Shown here in pieces: positions 51,101-63,530 of a DNA stretch of 64,000 bases (its first letter is position 1; every line of letters begins with the position of its first letter). Both the position numbers and the translations under genes were made by a program. Under the pieces are notes generated by a model. That model was not told where the DNA came from and did not search any database. It saw nothing but the letters and a program-made list of their open reading frames with translations. The stretch covers positions 156,080 to 220,079 of the forward strand of contig NW_004797872.1 of assembly GCF_000002075.1 (NCBI RefSeq), written 5' to 3'. Source of the stretch: Aplysia californica (taxonomy: Eukaryota).

Positions 51101-54100
51101 TAAGTAAAGCACTTTCCTCTGTATTGCATTTTATTTACATCGTTTGAGGCTACATGTTAGGTTTATGATACTAAGACAGGTATTAAATATTTTATCAATT
51201 TTCCCAAGGCAGCTTTAACCAAAATTTGCAAGACAGCCGAATTTTCTACAGTTTAACTTTGTTATTGGTTTAGAGAGATAGCTAGGGGCTCTCATGGCCT
51301 AGAGGTTAAGGTGTTTGCCTCTTGTTCTATAGGTCGTGGGTTCGAATCTGGAGAGCGAAGGAAAATTCTCTTCTGTAAATTTTTTTTCTTTTCACATCCT
51401 TTCCTGCTCTCTAACAATGTTCTGTTGTCTGCATTCGTCTCCACTTTTTCTCCCTAGCCCCTCATCCCCTTTGCCCCCTTCTCTGGGCTCCTAACTATTT
51501 CTGCAGCCTTTCTACTGCTACTCCTTGGCTCCTTCTTACTGCTGTTTTTCAGCCACACCCCTGATCTTATGGTAGGTAAGATCTACACCTAGCCTTCTCG
51601 GACAAGGGCGGAAAATCTCGAATGTATTTGTATTCAACTAATTTAATAGATTCTGTCAACAATCATCTATCACATTTAATAGTGGAGCAAAAATTTGAGG
51701 ACCATACCATACCCCTGCTGATGATCCAGGCAGAGCATGCTGAAGCCCCCTCCTAACACACACATGCATCCTTACCACACATAAACTGTTTGTCTCTGAC
51801 AGGTCAATCATAGAGTACAGTGGTATCTACTCTATTTTTTCTCTTTTTGACTTCCTAAATACATGTACAAAGCAATCGTTTACTGTGCTGCCAAGCTGAC
51901 GATGTCCTAGACAAGGGCTAGACTAAAATGCTTTGCTTAAATGTGTGTCCATGTCTTATAATAGATGATAGCAAGCTGATAAGTTTGTAATATATGATCC
52001 TAAGTGTAAGATGTTGGTGTAGGATGATCGAGATTCCTTGGGATAGAGTAGACAAAGTTGGTAGTGGGAGAAAAATGTTCAAAGCCAGATCAACGGGGTC
52101 TGTTCATGCAAGTGACTTAATTTAATCTGAGTTTGTTAGTTTAAGGGTCTTGTGAATAAATTTGATTGATTTTAGTGAATTTAAAAATGGGAAATTATTC
52201 TTCTTTCGTTGAGTGAAGAGTTTTTATTGATTCTGAGTTTGCTGAACGTGAGTTTCACTGTAATTTGATCTTCTCATACATGCGGCAATATAATTCTAAG
52301 TTTTCAGTTAAAAGTTTCCTGCATTTATTTCAGTTTTGTGGAGATACCATCGCCGGGATGTGCTTGTTGTCTTCATGCGTCATGCGACTGGCACTAGAAA
52401 AAGACAAGACAAAATTTGGGGACATACATTTGCCCCAGAGGTGTTTGTATATCATGAGGTAATGATGCAGGCAGTTAAACAAAAAGAATATTCATATTTT
52501 ATCCCTTTTATGGCCATATGTACCGACCATTGAGGTAGTCTTTGCTTCCTTCTTGAATTGGACAAGTTTTCTTCCCTTTTTATTTAAATGCTGCTGTTTT
52601 CTCTTGTCCTGTAAAAGTATAATGAATGTTCCAGTTCTAGTTCTTAAGTAACGGTATACAGTGAAGTGTGCTTAAAACAATCACATTTAATCTGTAAATA
52701 CTGGTATACAGAAAGAAAATGGAATCCCCAATTTTTTTCTTCGTTGTCTTTGTAAGAAACTATTGATAAGCTGAAATACCCTTATAATTTCTAAACTGAA
52801 AATAATTTTTAGGGTTATGTAATCTAACTTTCACTAGCGACCTTTAAGTAATGCAAGTCATTAAGTGTTATGTACTTCAAGATAGCGAAACAAAAGAAAG
52901 AGACAGGAGAACATATGTGTGTCGATTATGGGTGAGAGAGAGGCATCGCCAGTGGACTGTTTGAGTATTTTTATGGCACAGTATGTGTGACTTGAGGATA
53001 GCGAATGTACATTGTCACGTGACCTTTTTTGGTCATGACCTACTGTTTCTGCAAAGCTAGTTCACATACTCAATAGTATGTGATGGCATATATGATGTAT
53101 TTGATGATCTCACTTGTCTATCCTAGCGCCGAGCAGAGTTCAATGTTTTATTCAAAATGCTGATCTACTCTTTCGTTTGTTCTATGTGGCTATTTGGCAG
53201 ATTAAGAAAGCAATGTTAAAGGGAAGGAACAATGTGTAGAGCCTGCAGCTCAGATTGCTTTTATTGGAAGAGGTAGATGAGAAAAAAACTTTCGACAAGT
53301 GTTGCCGCAAGTATGGCATTCCCAATTCGATTCTGTCAACAATCATCGCTATTTGAGCAACCCTTCTATACTAAAAAACATATTTTGGTTTAAGGGGAGG
53401 AGCGACCCTTGATTTTGCCGATTTGGGGTCAGGCTATGCACATTGAGATGTTGGCTGATTTTTTCAGATCAACCAGTTCTTTGTCTAAAAATAGCATGGA
53501 AACAACTGAGAAAGTCTTTTTTTTCTCCTCGTGAATTGCCTTTGAAAACACGAGGGTGGGTTAATTTGGTGAATTTTCAAAATAATTGTCGTTTTTCACA
53601 AAATGTCATTTGTTGGCCACATGATTTTTAAGAATGGTCGAAAAAGATATTAGACATCTTTTCTTTTCGAGTTGTTGATTGATTTGTTGTGAAGTTGGTT
53701 TACTGGCGTTGTTTCTCTGGAGGGAAACAACATTCCTACTGAACAGTGCCTAAATGTACGGAAAAGTTATTTTAGTTTTGCTAGTCATTTTCATTTTTCT
53801 TATTGTTTGCTATGATCCTTCTTTTCTGTTGCTGTCATATGACCAGATACATCAGGTCTCAAAAGAAACACCTTAGCCATCATATGACAGTAACTTGGTA
53901 CAGCCCGTGTCATTGTTCAGTGTTCATCTGTCTCAATAATGTAGAGTGTGCTAGCAACTGAGGGCTTGTGAATCTTTGTAGGAGGGTACCTATTTTGTCC
54001 CTGACAAAAGAAATGCTTTCTGTAGTAACTCATACACCGTAATCCTAATATGGTGCTGTTTGCCAAATGGCTTTATACATGAATAGGATAGACGCCCTCC

Positions 54101-54735
54101 CCAATTTTTGAACAATATATTTGTTCAGTATATTAAAGCAATATCTTTACCCAAAAATCAAGATTGAAAATTGGATAAATCATGCCTTGTTATTTTTCTT
54201 GTGGTTTATGTTTTCTTAACTCTTTATCTCTGAGGGGGGTAAGCCCACTATGCCGGGGTCCTTTTTTGGTGCTAAATCTAAAAATTACGAAATTGTCACT
54301 TAATTGGTCATTAAATCAAAATAAGTGAACCTATTTTAAAAGCTCTTCAACTAATGAATGAAATCAGGATAAAAGAGACCTGTTTGCTGAAAAGTAATTT
54401 GATGTCGAAGCCGTAGTAAAGGAATGTGACCAGGCCGCTGTCAGTGGCTCAGCGGCACAGTAGTTCTGACCGCATGCTGCTGGGAGCGGCTTGCCGGAAA
54501 TAAAGAGTTGAGAAACTCTTTTAGTCGGCATTATGCTGTTGTAGTCAAATTGAGTTTATTATCCTTATTTTTAAAATGTTTCTTCTCTTCTTTTCTCAGA
54601 GGAAAGGCAAGGTACGACTTCACACATGAAGTGTTAAAAGAGGAGGAATCCATTTTCAAGGGTCAAACTATCCCCCGTGACAGACGGATGTCAGTGATCT
54701 GTCGGAATGAACCTGATCCAGCTGATCAAGAATGA
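48191..54735 (+). CDS. ALKBH7: Mitochondrial Fe(II)/2-oxoglutarate dioxygenase AlkB homolog 7, 4 exons, 319 aa
   Basis: Exons 48191-48715, 50647-50820, 52334-52458, 54600-54735 (960 nt). Motifs [42 protein letters not shown] (HxD), [26 protein letters not shown] at about 54845. Confidence 0.96.
48851..49450. mobile_element. Possible piggyBac-like non-autonomous element
   Basis: TTAA|CCACTTT ... AAAGGG|TTAA ends. The TIR match is short and imperfect. Confidence 0.45.
51285..51620 (+). mobile_element. SINE family A, 3'-truncated copy
   Basis: Head ggggctctcatggcctagaggttaagg...gggttcgaatc; body is the reverse complement of the copy at 57570-58080. Confidence 0.85.
52658..53350 (+). mobile_element. 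Tigger/pogo-like transposon 5' remnant
   Basis: TA|CAGTGAA start. [29 protein letters not shown] at about 53261-53347 resembles the psq-type HTH of Tigger transposases. Confidence 0.5.
54274..54428 (+). repeat. 155-bp direct repeat; second copy at 56022-56176
   Basis: The copies differ at only about 2 positions by eye and bracket the last ALKBH7 exon. Confidence 0.9.
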
Positions 54736-56689
54736 CACCCACATTGTTAGTTCTGATTGTCTTTCAACACTGTAAGCTTTTATCTGAAAGGGATTGTGAG
54801 TTTCTGAAATACTGCTCTCATAAAGTATTTTTATGCTATGTCGGAATAAATGTTCAGAGACGCCTGTGGGTGTTTTGCTTTCAGGGGCAGGTGAAGAAAT
54901 CTGGAGGATGATGAGAAGATTGACATTTGTGAATATAATATATTAATAGGAGTGAATGTTTCAAATATACATATGCCACTAACTGTTGTATGAAGTGCTT
55001 CACCCTAAAGTTTAGGACCTTTTGCATGAATATTTTGTACTGAATGAATGATTAAGTGAAGACTCCTTTTGAAATATTATGCAAAAATCTATATCCTACT
55101 GAATGCTAATTTTTCATGAATAAAAATGCTTATAACATATATTATGTCTCATGGCATCTTTGCTTCAGAATATTTACACAATTTGTGTCAAGAATGTATG
55201 TGGTCTAGTTTTGTCCTTATTGTCCTGAATTCTTCACTGTCATTTTCTGTTCATATTTTTTGTCTTACTTTTTCGTTTGGACTGTCATTGGAACAGTGCT
55301 CCTTCCTCTCATTAGATCAAGTAAACTCATGACTTTGATGTACATTTGGTGACACAAGGGGGCTATCCGGATAAATGCTGTTTTGAGAAAAGCGAAGTTA
55401 AAGAATTTGGATCCTTATTGAGTCTCTTTAAGAGACGAGGAGAGTTTTCTGTATAACCAAACAAATATACACACCAATGAAACCAAACTCCTATAGGTAG
55501 GGCAATGACCACTTTTGATGTAGGTAATGATTTCTGGAAACCCCAGAAATCTGAGTCAGCCCGCTTGTCCTTAAAAGCAGCCATGTGTATTTGTCATATT
55601 ATGGTGCCTTATGACTTTTTCAGGCTTAACATTAAATATGCCCACATAATTCCTACTTTATTTTGAGGTAGTGGAATTGTTTATTGAACTATTTTGCTGA
55701 AAAAGAATGGGTTTTGTGTGATTCATGAGACTAAAATCTGCCTTATGCACTGTATTTGAATCGTGAAATCCCCACACGCATTACTGTGCACGATTGTCAC
55801 AGAGCGTATTTTGAGAATCTAAACTACTGTTTAATCCAAATACATTTAGCTTAATATGCACAATAATGAGCAACACCTGATATTATTTGCACAGGTGGAA
55901 TGCCGGTAGTGAGGGGGGGGGGGGGGGGGTCAAGAATCAATCTGTGTGGAAGGAGAAAATAGATCTGCCCTCTGAGCTTGTGTATAAATCATAAATGTCT
56001 ATTTTAGTGCAGTCTGATTCAAAATCTAAAAATTACGAAATCGTCACTTAATTGGTAATTAAATCAAAATAAGTGAACCTATTTTAAAAGCTCTTCAACT
56101 AATGAATGAAATCAGGATAAAAGAGACCTGTTTGCTGAAAAGTAATTTGATGTCGAAGCCGTAGTAAAGGAATGTGCCCTGTCTCTCAATCTTCACACAT
56201 TGTGGTAATACTAGTTACTTCTGCTTGCAGATGAGATGTTATGCAAGGCTAAACTGCCAGCCTACCTCTCTGATTCTATACATAGTTTGGACACTTTTTG
56301 TGTTCATATTATATTAGGGGATGCATCTCAGTTACCCAATTTATTGCAACACTTGTATTTTTCCCTTTGTTCAATTGGAGGATCAAAACATTTTAATGGA
56401 AGACTCCACATAGTTGAAGTGTATGGACTTCTGTCTGAACTTTTGATTGCATCTATTTCATGTTGATGCAATTGAGGGATATCTTGAACTGATATAATGT
56501 GCATGACTTTACTACAATGGGATTTCAGGGGTTCATTTTTTGCCAGACCTTACCTTCAGTTGACTGATCAGCTTAACAAAAGTACTGGACAGAGGACATG
56601 ATTTTTGTTTAGCCCCCAAAATATAGCAAAGAAATATTGTAATAATTAAGTGCTTTTACACTCTCTCATTAACACAATTTAGATTGTTT

Positions 56690-57110
56690 TGGAGACTGTC
56701 TACTCCTACACGACCTGTTAGTCAGTGACTGGAGAGTTTCCATTGTAAAAAGCACCTCCTAAGAATTACATGGGTGTTCTGCCCTGGTCAAGCCGGGGTG
56801 CATGGAAATGAATGTGCTGATGAACTTGCCAGCAAAGCAGCACCCAATGGCTGAATCATGCTCGACCCACCAATGGTGATCACCAGATGCAAGGAGAGTC
56901 TTCACAACCAAGAGGAGACAGACTCCCACACACTCAGCACAATAAAAGAAAAGTGTGTGCGGGGCACAGGGAAAAAAAGTTTGCTCCGAGGAGTGGTCAG
57001 GCGTGTCTCAAACCAGCTCCTCCTGGAGATAATTAGCAGGAAGACCCAGGGGTGGACACTGGAAAGGAGAGATGAGCAGCTATGGACATGTGCCACCTGC
57101 TATGATTCTA
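56690..57110 (+). mobile_element. Degenerate non-LTR retrotransposon fragment with an RNase H motif (I/Ingi-like)
   Basis: ITWVFCPGQAGVHGNECADELASKAA at about 56766-56843 matches the RNase H W.PGH.G..GNE.AD.LA motif. Confidence 0.65.
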
Positions 57111-57294
57111 GTTGTGGATCCAAGTAATCCTACTGTGATCCTCACCATTTTCTATGCTCTTCATGCTTATGTTTGAAAATTAAAACAAGAAGAATACTGT
57201 TAAAATCATTTTGTATGTTTACATTCTAAAAATTGTGTCATCATTGTTTTGTTTTTGTTTTTGTTTTTTTGTTTTTTTTGTAAGTGTTTTATTG

Positions 57295-57570
57295 GGACGC
57301 TCAATGTTAAAAACAATCAGGAAACGACAAATGCAGTTTTTGGGACACCTGAATAGACATAAGGGTCTTGAACCTCTAGCTCTCACTGGCAAAATTGAGG
57401 GCAAGCGAGGCAGGGGTAGGCCCAGAACAACATACTTAGGGAACCTAAACAAATGGGTAACAGGGAAAAATCAGGGAAACGTAGTTTTTCTGAGAGCATC
57501 CGAGCAAAGGAATGAATGGAAAATCATGATCGCCGATGTCTGTCGCAGATCTGGCACTGGATGATGATGA
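57295..57570 (+). mobile_element. RTE-type LINE 3' fragment; relatives at about 28350-28570 and 25975-26062
   Basis: [31 protein letters not shown]-terminal signature followed by a (GAT)n tail. Confidence 0.8.
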
Positions 57571-58080
57571 AGTGTTTTACGGCGCTCGCAACTGCATAAG
57601 GTCATATGAGCGCGCAGGACACGCCTAATATTTTCAGTTGGTAGGAAATTTTGAATTTTGCCCGGGTGGTGGCCGAAGCCTACTCTTATCCATTTTAGAC
57701 CACCAAGGGATCTTTAACGTGCGCAACTTGCACACGGGCCCTCCGAGATTTTTCGCCCTTGTCCGAGAGGGCTAGGTGTAGATCTTTCCTACCAGAAGAT
57801 CAGGGGTGTGGCAGAAAGACAGCAGTAGGAGGAGTCAAGGAGTAGCAGTAGAAAGGCTGCAGAAAGAGTCAGGAGCCCAGAGAAGGGGGCAAAGGAGGTG
57901 AGGGGGTGGGGGCAGAAAGTGGAAATGAAAGCAGACGACAGAACATTGCTAGAGAGCAGGAAAGGAGGTGAAAGTAGACAATTTCTAGAGAAGAACATTT
58001 TTCGGTCGCTACCTGGATTCGAACCCGGGACCTTTTGAATGAGAGGCCAACACCTTAACCTCTAGGCTACGAGAGCCCCC
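57570..58080 (-). mobile_element. SINE family A, full length
   Basis: A and B boxes, core ggcccgtgtgcaagttgcgcacgttaaagatccc, shared 3' tail. Abuts an RTE 3' end. Confidence 0.88.
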
Positions 58081-59181
58081 CATCATAGTTTTGTCCGAAA
58101 GAATTTGACTGGATGTTATATAACGCTGCTTACAGAGCTTAGCATGCCATCTGCAGGTTTGTATACATGTTTGTGTTGTAGAAGGAGATATACATGAATA
58201 GAAAAATTCAAGTAAAAACGTAATATTACAAACTTTGTCATCAACCCTCTGTGCTACATTTTAGGTACCCACCTATTGGCGAAAGCTCATAAAGTGGCGG
58301 TTAAAGCAGGTTCGGTTGTGTTATTGCTATATTCTAGTGTGGTCTATACTAATTTGATAATTTGCAAAACTGAAATATCCTCACTTTAGTTTATTATTCA
58401 CATTGAATCTTAAGTACAGTAACCCTCCCTCACCTCAAGCTCAACATGAACTCTCTCACAAGACTGTTCCTTCGTTCTCCTTTACCAAGCACCAGCTTAT
58501 GTCAACATGATGAATGAATTAAAGATTGCTTAGATACTGCAAATATTTTGATTGCTTGCCGATGGTTTTCTTTTTAACATCTCCCCTTCACACCCTTCTA
58601 TTTTAAACCCAAAATTGCAATGAAGAACTGGTGGTTCATACACTTTTTAAACTTGTGTCCTAGCACAATTTGAAGAAGGATGAAAGCAGAAAAAGTAAAA
58701 GTAACTGAGGGACATACTACCCTCCCTCTCCCTGTGTTTTCTTACTGAACCTAACTTCTGAGACCTACATTTTTGGGTGTTACTCCTTATTCTAAGCTTG
58801 CTTTAAAGATTAATCAACATCATATATTTGAAATATAATATATGGAAGGATATAAAATGCATACAGAGAGAAAATAGGAAAAGGCCAAAATTGTAGTCTA
58901 TATATAAGATATGCGTTGTTCAAGTGAATTTGATTGCATTCAAACAATTGAAACTACGCGCACAGAACGTTTATAACGCAGAGAAAATTATAGCTCTCAC
59001 GCTGAAAAAGACTGCTCTTTTTAATATCATGTAATACATCGGTTGGCTATTGTAATTTCTTTTCATGAAGGGCGGTAATTTTCATGTTCTCTTATTTAAA
59101 CTATTCGTGGGTCACGTCCCCTGATTCATTCTGTTTGTGAAAACGAAAGTTGTCTTTCTTGAAAAGGTCACCGCTGACAAA

Positions 59182-62100
59182 ATGGCGGAGGTACAGAATG
59201 TCGATCCTGTCATGGAAAAGCCATGGCAGAGAGCGAAACGTTTTCAAAAGTATGATTTCTTCAGGAAGTCAGCGTTTCCTCCCATGCAGATCGAGCCTTT
59301 TCAAGATGAACGAGCCAGACTTGCTGGGGAAGGCATGACACCCGAGCAGAGAGCTTTGAGAAAACAATGGGTGAAGGATCAAATTCTGCATCATGAGCCT
59401 CGGAGTGTACCCCAGCTTCAGCCTTACAATATCTTTCGAAGAATTTACAGATTCCCAGCCGATGTTCTCATTTACGGTCCAGCACAGAAATTTGTGGTGA
59501 GTGTTTCAATTTTTCTTTTTTTAGGGTCATCATGAGTCTTCAACTGCAGTGGAGTCCGCAACTGAACATGGCGGCTAATGTTAATTTTGGAAGGACTTCC
59601 GTAACGAGCGACCACCCCATCAAACACAATAAAGAAGAGGCCTAGAATCTAGACATAACCCTACCCCCACCCCTACCCCTANNNNNNNNNNNNNNNNNNN
59701 NNNNNNNNNNNNNNNNNNNNNNNNNNNNNNNNNNNNNNNNNNNNNNNNNNNNNNNNNNNNNNNNNNNNNNNNNNNNNNNNNNNNNNNNNNNNNNNNNNNN
59801 NNNNNNNNNNNNNNNNNNNNNNNNNNNNNNNNNNNNNNNNNNNNNNNNNNNNNNNNNNNNNNNNNNNNNNNNNNNNNNNNNNNNNNNNNNNNNNNNNNNN
59901 NNNNNNNNNNNNNNNNNNNNNNNNNNNNNNNNNNNNNNNNNNNNNNNNNNNNNNNNNNNNNNNNNNNNNNNNNNNNNNNNNNNNNNNNNNNNNNNNNNNN
60001 NNNNNNNNNNNNNNNNNNNNNNNNNNNNNNNNNNNNNNNNNNNNNNNNNNNNNNNNNNNNNNNNNNNNNNNNNNNNNNNNNNNNNNNNNNNNNNNNNNNN
60101 NNNNNNNNNNNNNNNNNNNNNNNNNNNNNNNNNNNNNNNNNNNNNNNNNNNNNNNNNNNNNNNNNNNNNNNNNNNNNNNNNNNNNNNNNNNNNNNNNNNN
60201 NNNNNNNNNNNNNNNNNNNNNNNNNNNNNNNNNNNNNNNNNNNNNNNNNNNNNNNNNNNNNNNNNNNNNNNNNNNNNNNNNNNNNNNNNNNNNNNNNNNN
60301 NNNNNNNNNNNNNNNNNNNNNNNNNNNNNNNNNNNNNNNNNNNNNNNNNNNNNNNNNNNNNNNNNNNNNNNNNNNNNNNNNNNNNNNNNNNNNNNNNNNN
60401 NNNNNNNNNNNNNNNNNNNNNNNNNNNNNNNNNNNNNNNNNNNNNNNNNNNNNNNNNNNNNNNNNNNNNNNNNNNNNNNNNNNNNNNNNNTATGCAATAG
60501 AAGGACTCGCTCCCCGTCCGTCCACCCGCTAAAATGCATGGTGACTCTCCGCCCGCCCGCTCGCTAAACGAACTGTTGTGTCTGTCCGATGTGTAGCGTG
60601 TAGTGAACTACTCTTCACAAGCGGACGGTTCATTACCCGTCCGCTCGTTTGCGGGTAGTGCTAGCGAGTAGTTCATTACTCGCGGACGCTGATTTTGCGA
60701 GCCCCACCATCTCTACAGGAAACAGCACAGAAATACTCACTGAAAAATAATACAGCAGTGGTCCGAATGCAAAGGAGTTTATGGAGGGCGAAGGCAGGCA
60801 CAGCAAATCAGCCGCGGTCGACAAGGCCTGGCTCGCTCAGCGCGCTGAACACGAGTTCAACCCTCTACCCGTATGCAGACGATCATCGTCCGAAAAAACA
60901 TGGAAAATATAAGTGAAAGGGAAAAGAATAGGGGTTGAAGTGAGCAAGATCATCTTTCTTAAATTGCAAACTACATTCAGGGCGCCATGAACGTAGCCTG
61001 CAAACTATGTTCGCATCGCCATGAACGTAGTCACTGCGATTCCGAAAACATTAAAGACAAATAAAATAAAATCATAAAGTATCTAAAAAACTAGAGTAAT
61101 CGTACCGGGTAGCCCGGTTAAGATCTCGCTGCTACTGATGGGGTTGTCTTACTTCTTTCATGTATATGTTGTTTGTTTCGACTAATTTTTGTAAATACTC
61201 ACCACCTGCCCTTTCATGGTTTTATCATCCATTTAACATTGAAGCAACGCTGAACAAACAGCAAAGACACAGCACAGCATTTCTTTCAGCTGCTAAGTAC
61301 TCTAGTTTACTCTTCTATAGTTGTATACAAATGTCTATTTTTGTTTTTCAGTCCAAAACTGCTGCCTCAGTTCTACGGTACACTGTGCCAAAGATGCTGA
61401 TGACATTTGGGGGAGCCTATTTACTATGGTATCATCTCAAGTATAACCAAAATGTAAGTTTTTGTTATGTTCATTTTCATATGTTTGGTTCTATAGTGGA
61501 TTGTCCGTTATATTTAATAATAATAGATAGCATTTGTATAGCGCATATCCCCGCTCAACAGCAGGCTCTATGCGCTTTACACTATATTATTACCCCAGCA
61601 GACCATAGAACTCTCCGAAACATTCTCAGCTTCCCGGGAAGCACACAGTGCAAGCAGCCGATGAGGTGCTCAAACACTAGCAAACTGACAAGATCTTTCG
61701 CTGTCTATAGTCGGGTACCCATTCCCACCTGGTGAAGTGAGGAAAATTTGTGTAAAGTGCCTTTCCCAAAGACACAATGTCGGGCCCTTGACGGGATTCG
61801 AACCCACGACCTTACGGTTGCGAGTCCGAGAGCCTAACCACTAGGCCACAGACGCCACCAATTTTTCACTTGCATGGACACAGATGTATGTATGATCCTC
61901 TGCTATGTTTGCTGTGTAAAAAAGAATTGCATGTAAATTGATTCAAAGTTATTTCGGCATCAGTGTACAACCAGGACCCTATTTTCTGGGTAAACTATGT
62001 TACTATGGTGAACATGTCTTGCTCAAGGGCATGCTTCAGTCAGTGACCACCAAAGTTTGACATAAAACTTGGAGGTCAGACCTCACTAACAACAAGGTCA

Positions 62101-62247
62101 CTGGAGTGCGCCCCCCCCCCCCCCCCCTCTCCAATGTTTTATTCCTTGTATTATTAATTTAATTTATTTTGCACTCTTTATTCTCAGGACTGGACAAGAT
62201 CTGGAGGATGGGTCGTCTATTTTGGAAAACCTACCCTTGTTGGAGAG
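59182..62247 (+). CDS. NDUFB6: NADH:ubiquinone oxidoreductase subunit B6 (B17), first three exons; no stop found, presumably continues beyond the window
   Basis: Exons 59182-59496, 61352-61453, 62188-62247, all phase 0 GT-AG. Motifs ERARL..GMTPEQRALRKQWVKDQILHHEP, NIFRRIYRFPAD, WYHLKYNQNDWTRSGGW. A YY1-like AAAATGGCGG overlaps the ATG. Confidence 0.9.
59682..60490. other. Assembly gap; other gaps at 1083-1182 and 10283-10570
   Basis: Runs of N. Confidence 0.99.
60491..60715 (-). mobile_element. hAT-like element end related to 22360-23059; remainder lost in the gap
   Basis: Reverse-complement similarity to 22360-22550; terminus TAGAGATGG. Confidence 0.75.
61515..61859 (-). mobile_element. 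tRNA-derived CORE-like SINE with L2-type tail
   Basis: Head tggcctagtggttagg...gggttcgaatccc, then ttgtgtctttgggaaaggcactttac...ttcctcac...aatggg (CORE-like), tail gtaaagcgcatagagc...atgcgctatacaaatgctatctattattatt. Confidence 0.85.
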
Positions 62248-63039
62248 GTATGCTAGAAGGCTTTTTATTTTTATTATTTTTTGTTGTTGCATCTTGTGAA
62301 TGTTTTAAAATAGATAATAGTCGCTTACCATAATTTGATTAGGCTCAAACTTTCCCTCTTTCCTTTAGACCTAGCAAACATGGATCTGAAAATGGGACAA
62401 AGTGGAATATTGGGGTTGGGAATAGTGGTCATAATGAAAGAATGAGAAAAAGTTGTTTCTTTGAACAGAAAGAAAAAGTGGTTTTTATGTTTGTTTTTAT
62501 TTCAAATGGGATGATAGTAGAATGTTGTTCACTTACTAATTAGACCACTTTCATTTACTGACATCTCTTTCCCGAGTTAATTAAAGACTTTGTTGAGAAT
62601 GGAGCCTATAGCACAAGAATTGTTACTACATGTTAAACCATAAGGCCAAACAGAGAAAAGGAAACTTGACTTGTATGATCGTTCACTTCATAGATCGAAA
62701 TTATATGTTGAAAGGGATGATCAAACTTGACTTCGTTGTTCTAAAGAAATTAAATGACTTAAGTGTTTTCTTTATTGCTATCATTAAATGGGTAACTGGT
62801 CAAACTCAAACATGGTATTTTTGTTATGACTACATTATTAATTTGGAAGTCATGGGAATGGGCTCCCCCTCTCATTGTGTATAAAAGTATGAAATAAATA
62901 CTGTGCAGGTATTGTAGAAACATATACTTTTCCAGTTAGCAGAGCTGCAAATCTTTAGGCTACTTTTTGGGGGGAACGAGTGTATTTTCCACACTTCTGT
63001 TTTCACAGTCAAATACTGTTGAGTAGTCTTAAACTGAGA

Positions 63040-63530
63040 TCCCCCCCGGGCGGTGCTATTGACTGAAGTGTCTTTAGGCCATTCCCTAAGGAGGGACATT
63101 AACTTGTTTGTATGCGCAGTCTTGTTTGTAAATGGGCTGATTCATCGATGTCATGCTCTTGTTCGTATGCGCAGTAGAATTGTAAATGGGCTGATTCATC
63201 GATGTCATGCTCTTGTTCGTATGCGCAGTAGAATTGTAAATGGGCTGATTCATCGATGTCATGCTCATAACTGTGCCTGCTGCTTTTTCTTTCCGAATCC
63301 TTACTATCGTCATTTTCCTCTACTTCTTTTGTATGTTTGTCACACTCTTGTGACCCGCTATTTCCGGGATGCCTTGATAGTCGAAGCAGATTTTTTTGCT
63401 GTTGAAGCCAGAGAGTTGAGCAGAGTAAGTCTGATTCCCTGTAAGGACTTCTCTGTTGACATCCACCCCTTGGCGCTCATATGACCTTATGTAGTTGCGA
63501 GTGCCGTAAAACCTCTACTAAAACAAACAA
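63040..63530 (+). mobile_element. Retroposon family C copy with an internal approximately 3x 54-bp tandem repeat (about 63110-63270)
   Basis: Unit gtatgcgcagtagaattgtaaatgggctgattcatcgatgtcatgctcttgttc is repeated here but single in the other two family members. Confidence 0.8.

Noticed and set aside
51285-51360. tRNA gene (also the heads at about 5310-5380, 58005-58080 and 61785-61859)
   Set aside because: The A and B boxes continue into repeated SINE bodies and the copies differ from each other, so these are SINE heads.
59620-60539. Long ORFs in the track (also 10148-10739 and 1037-1365)
   Set aside because: They exist only because they read through N gaps.
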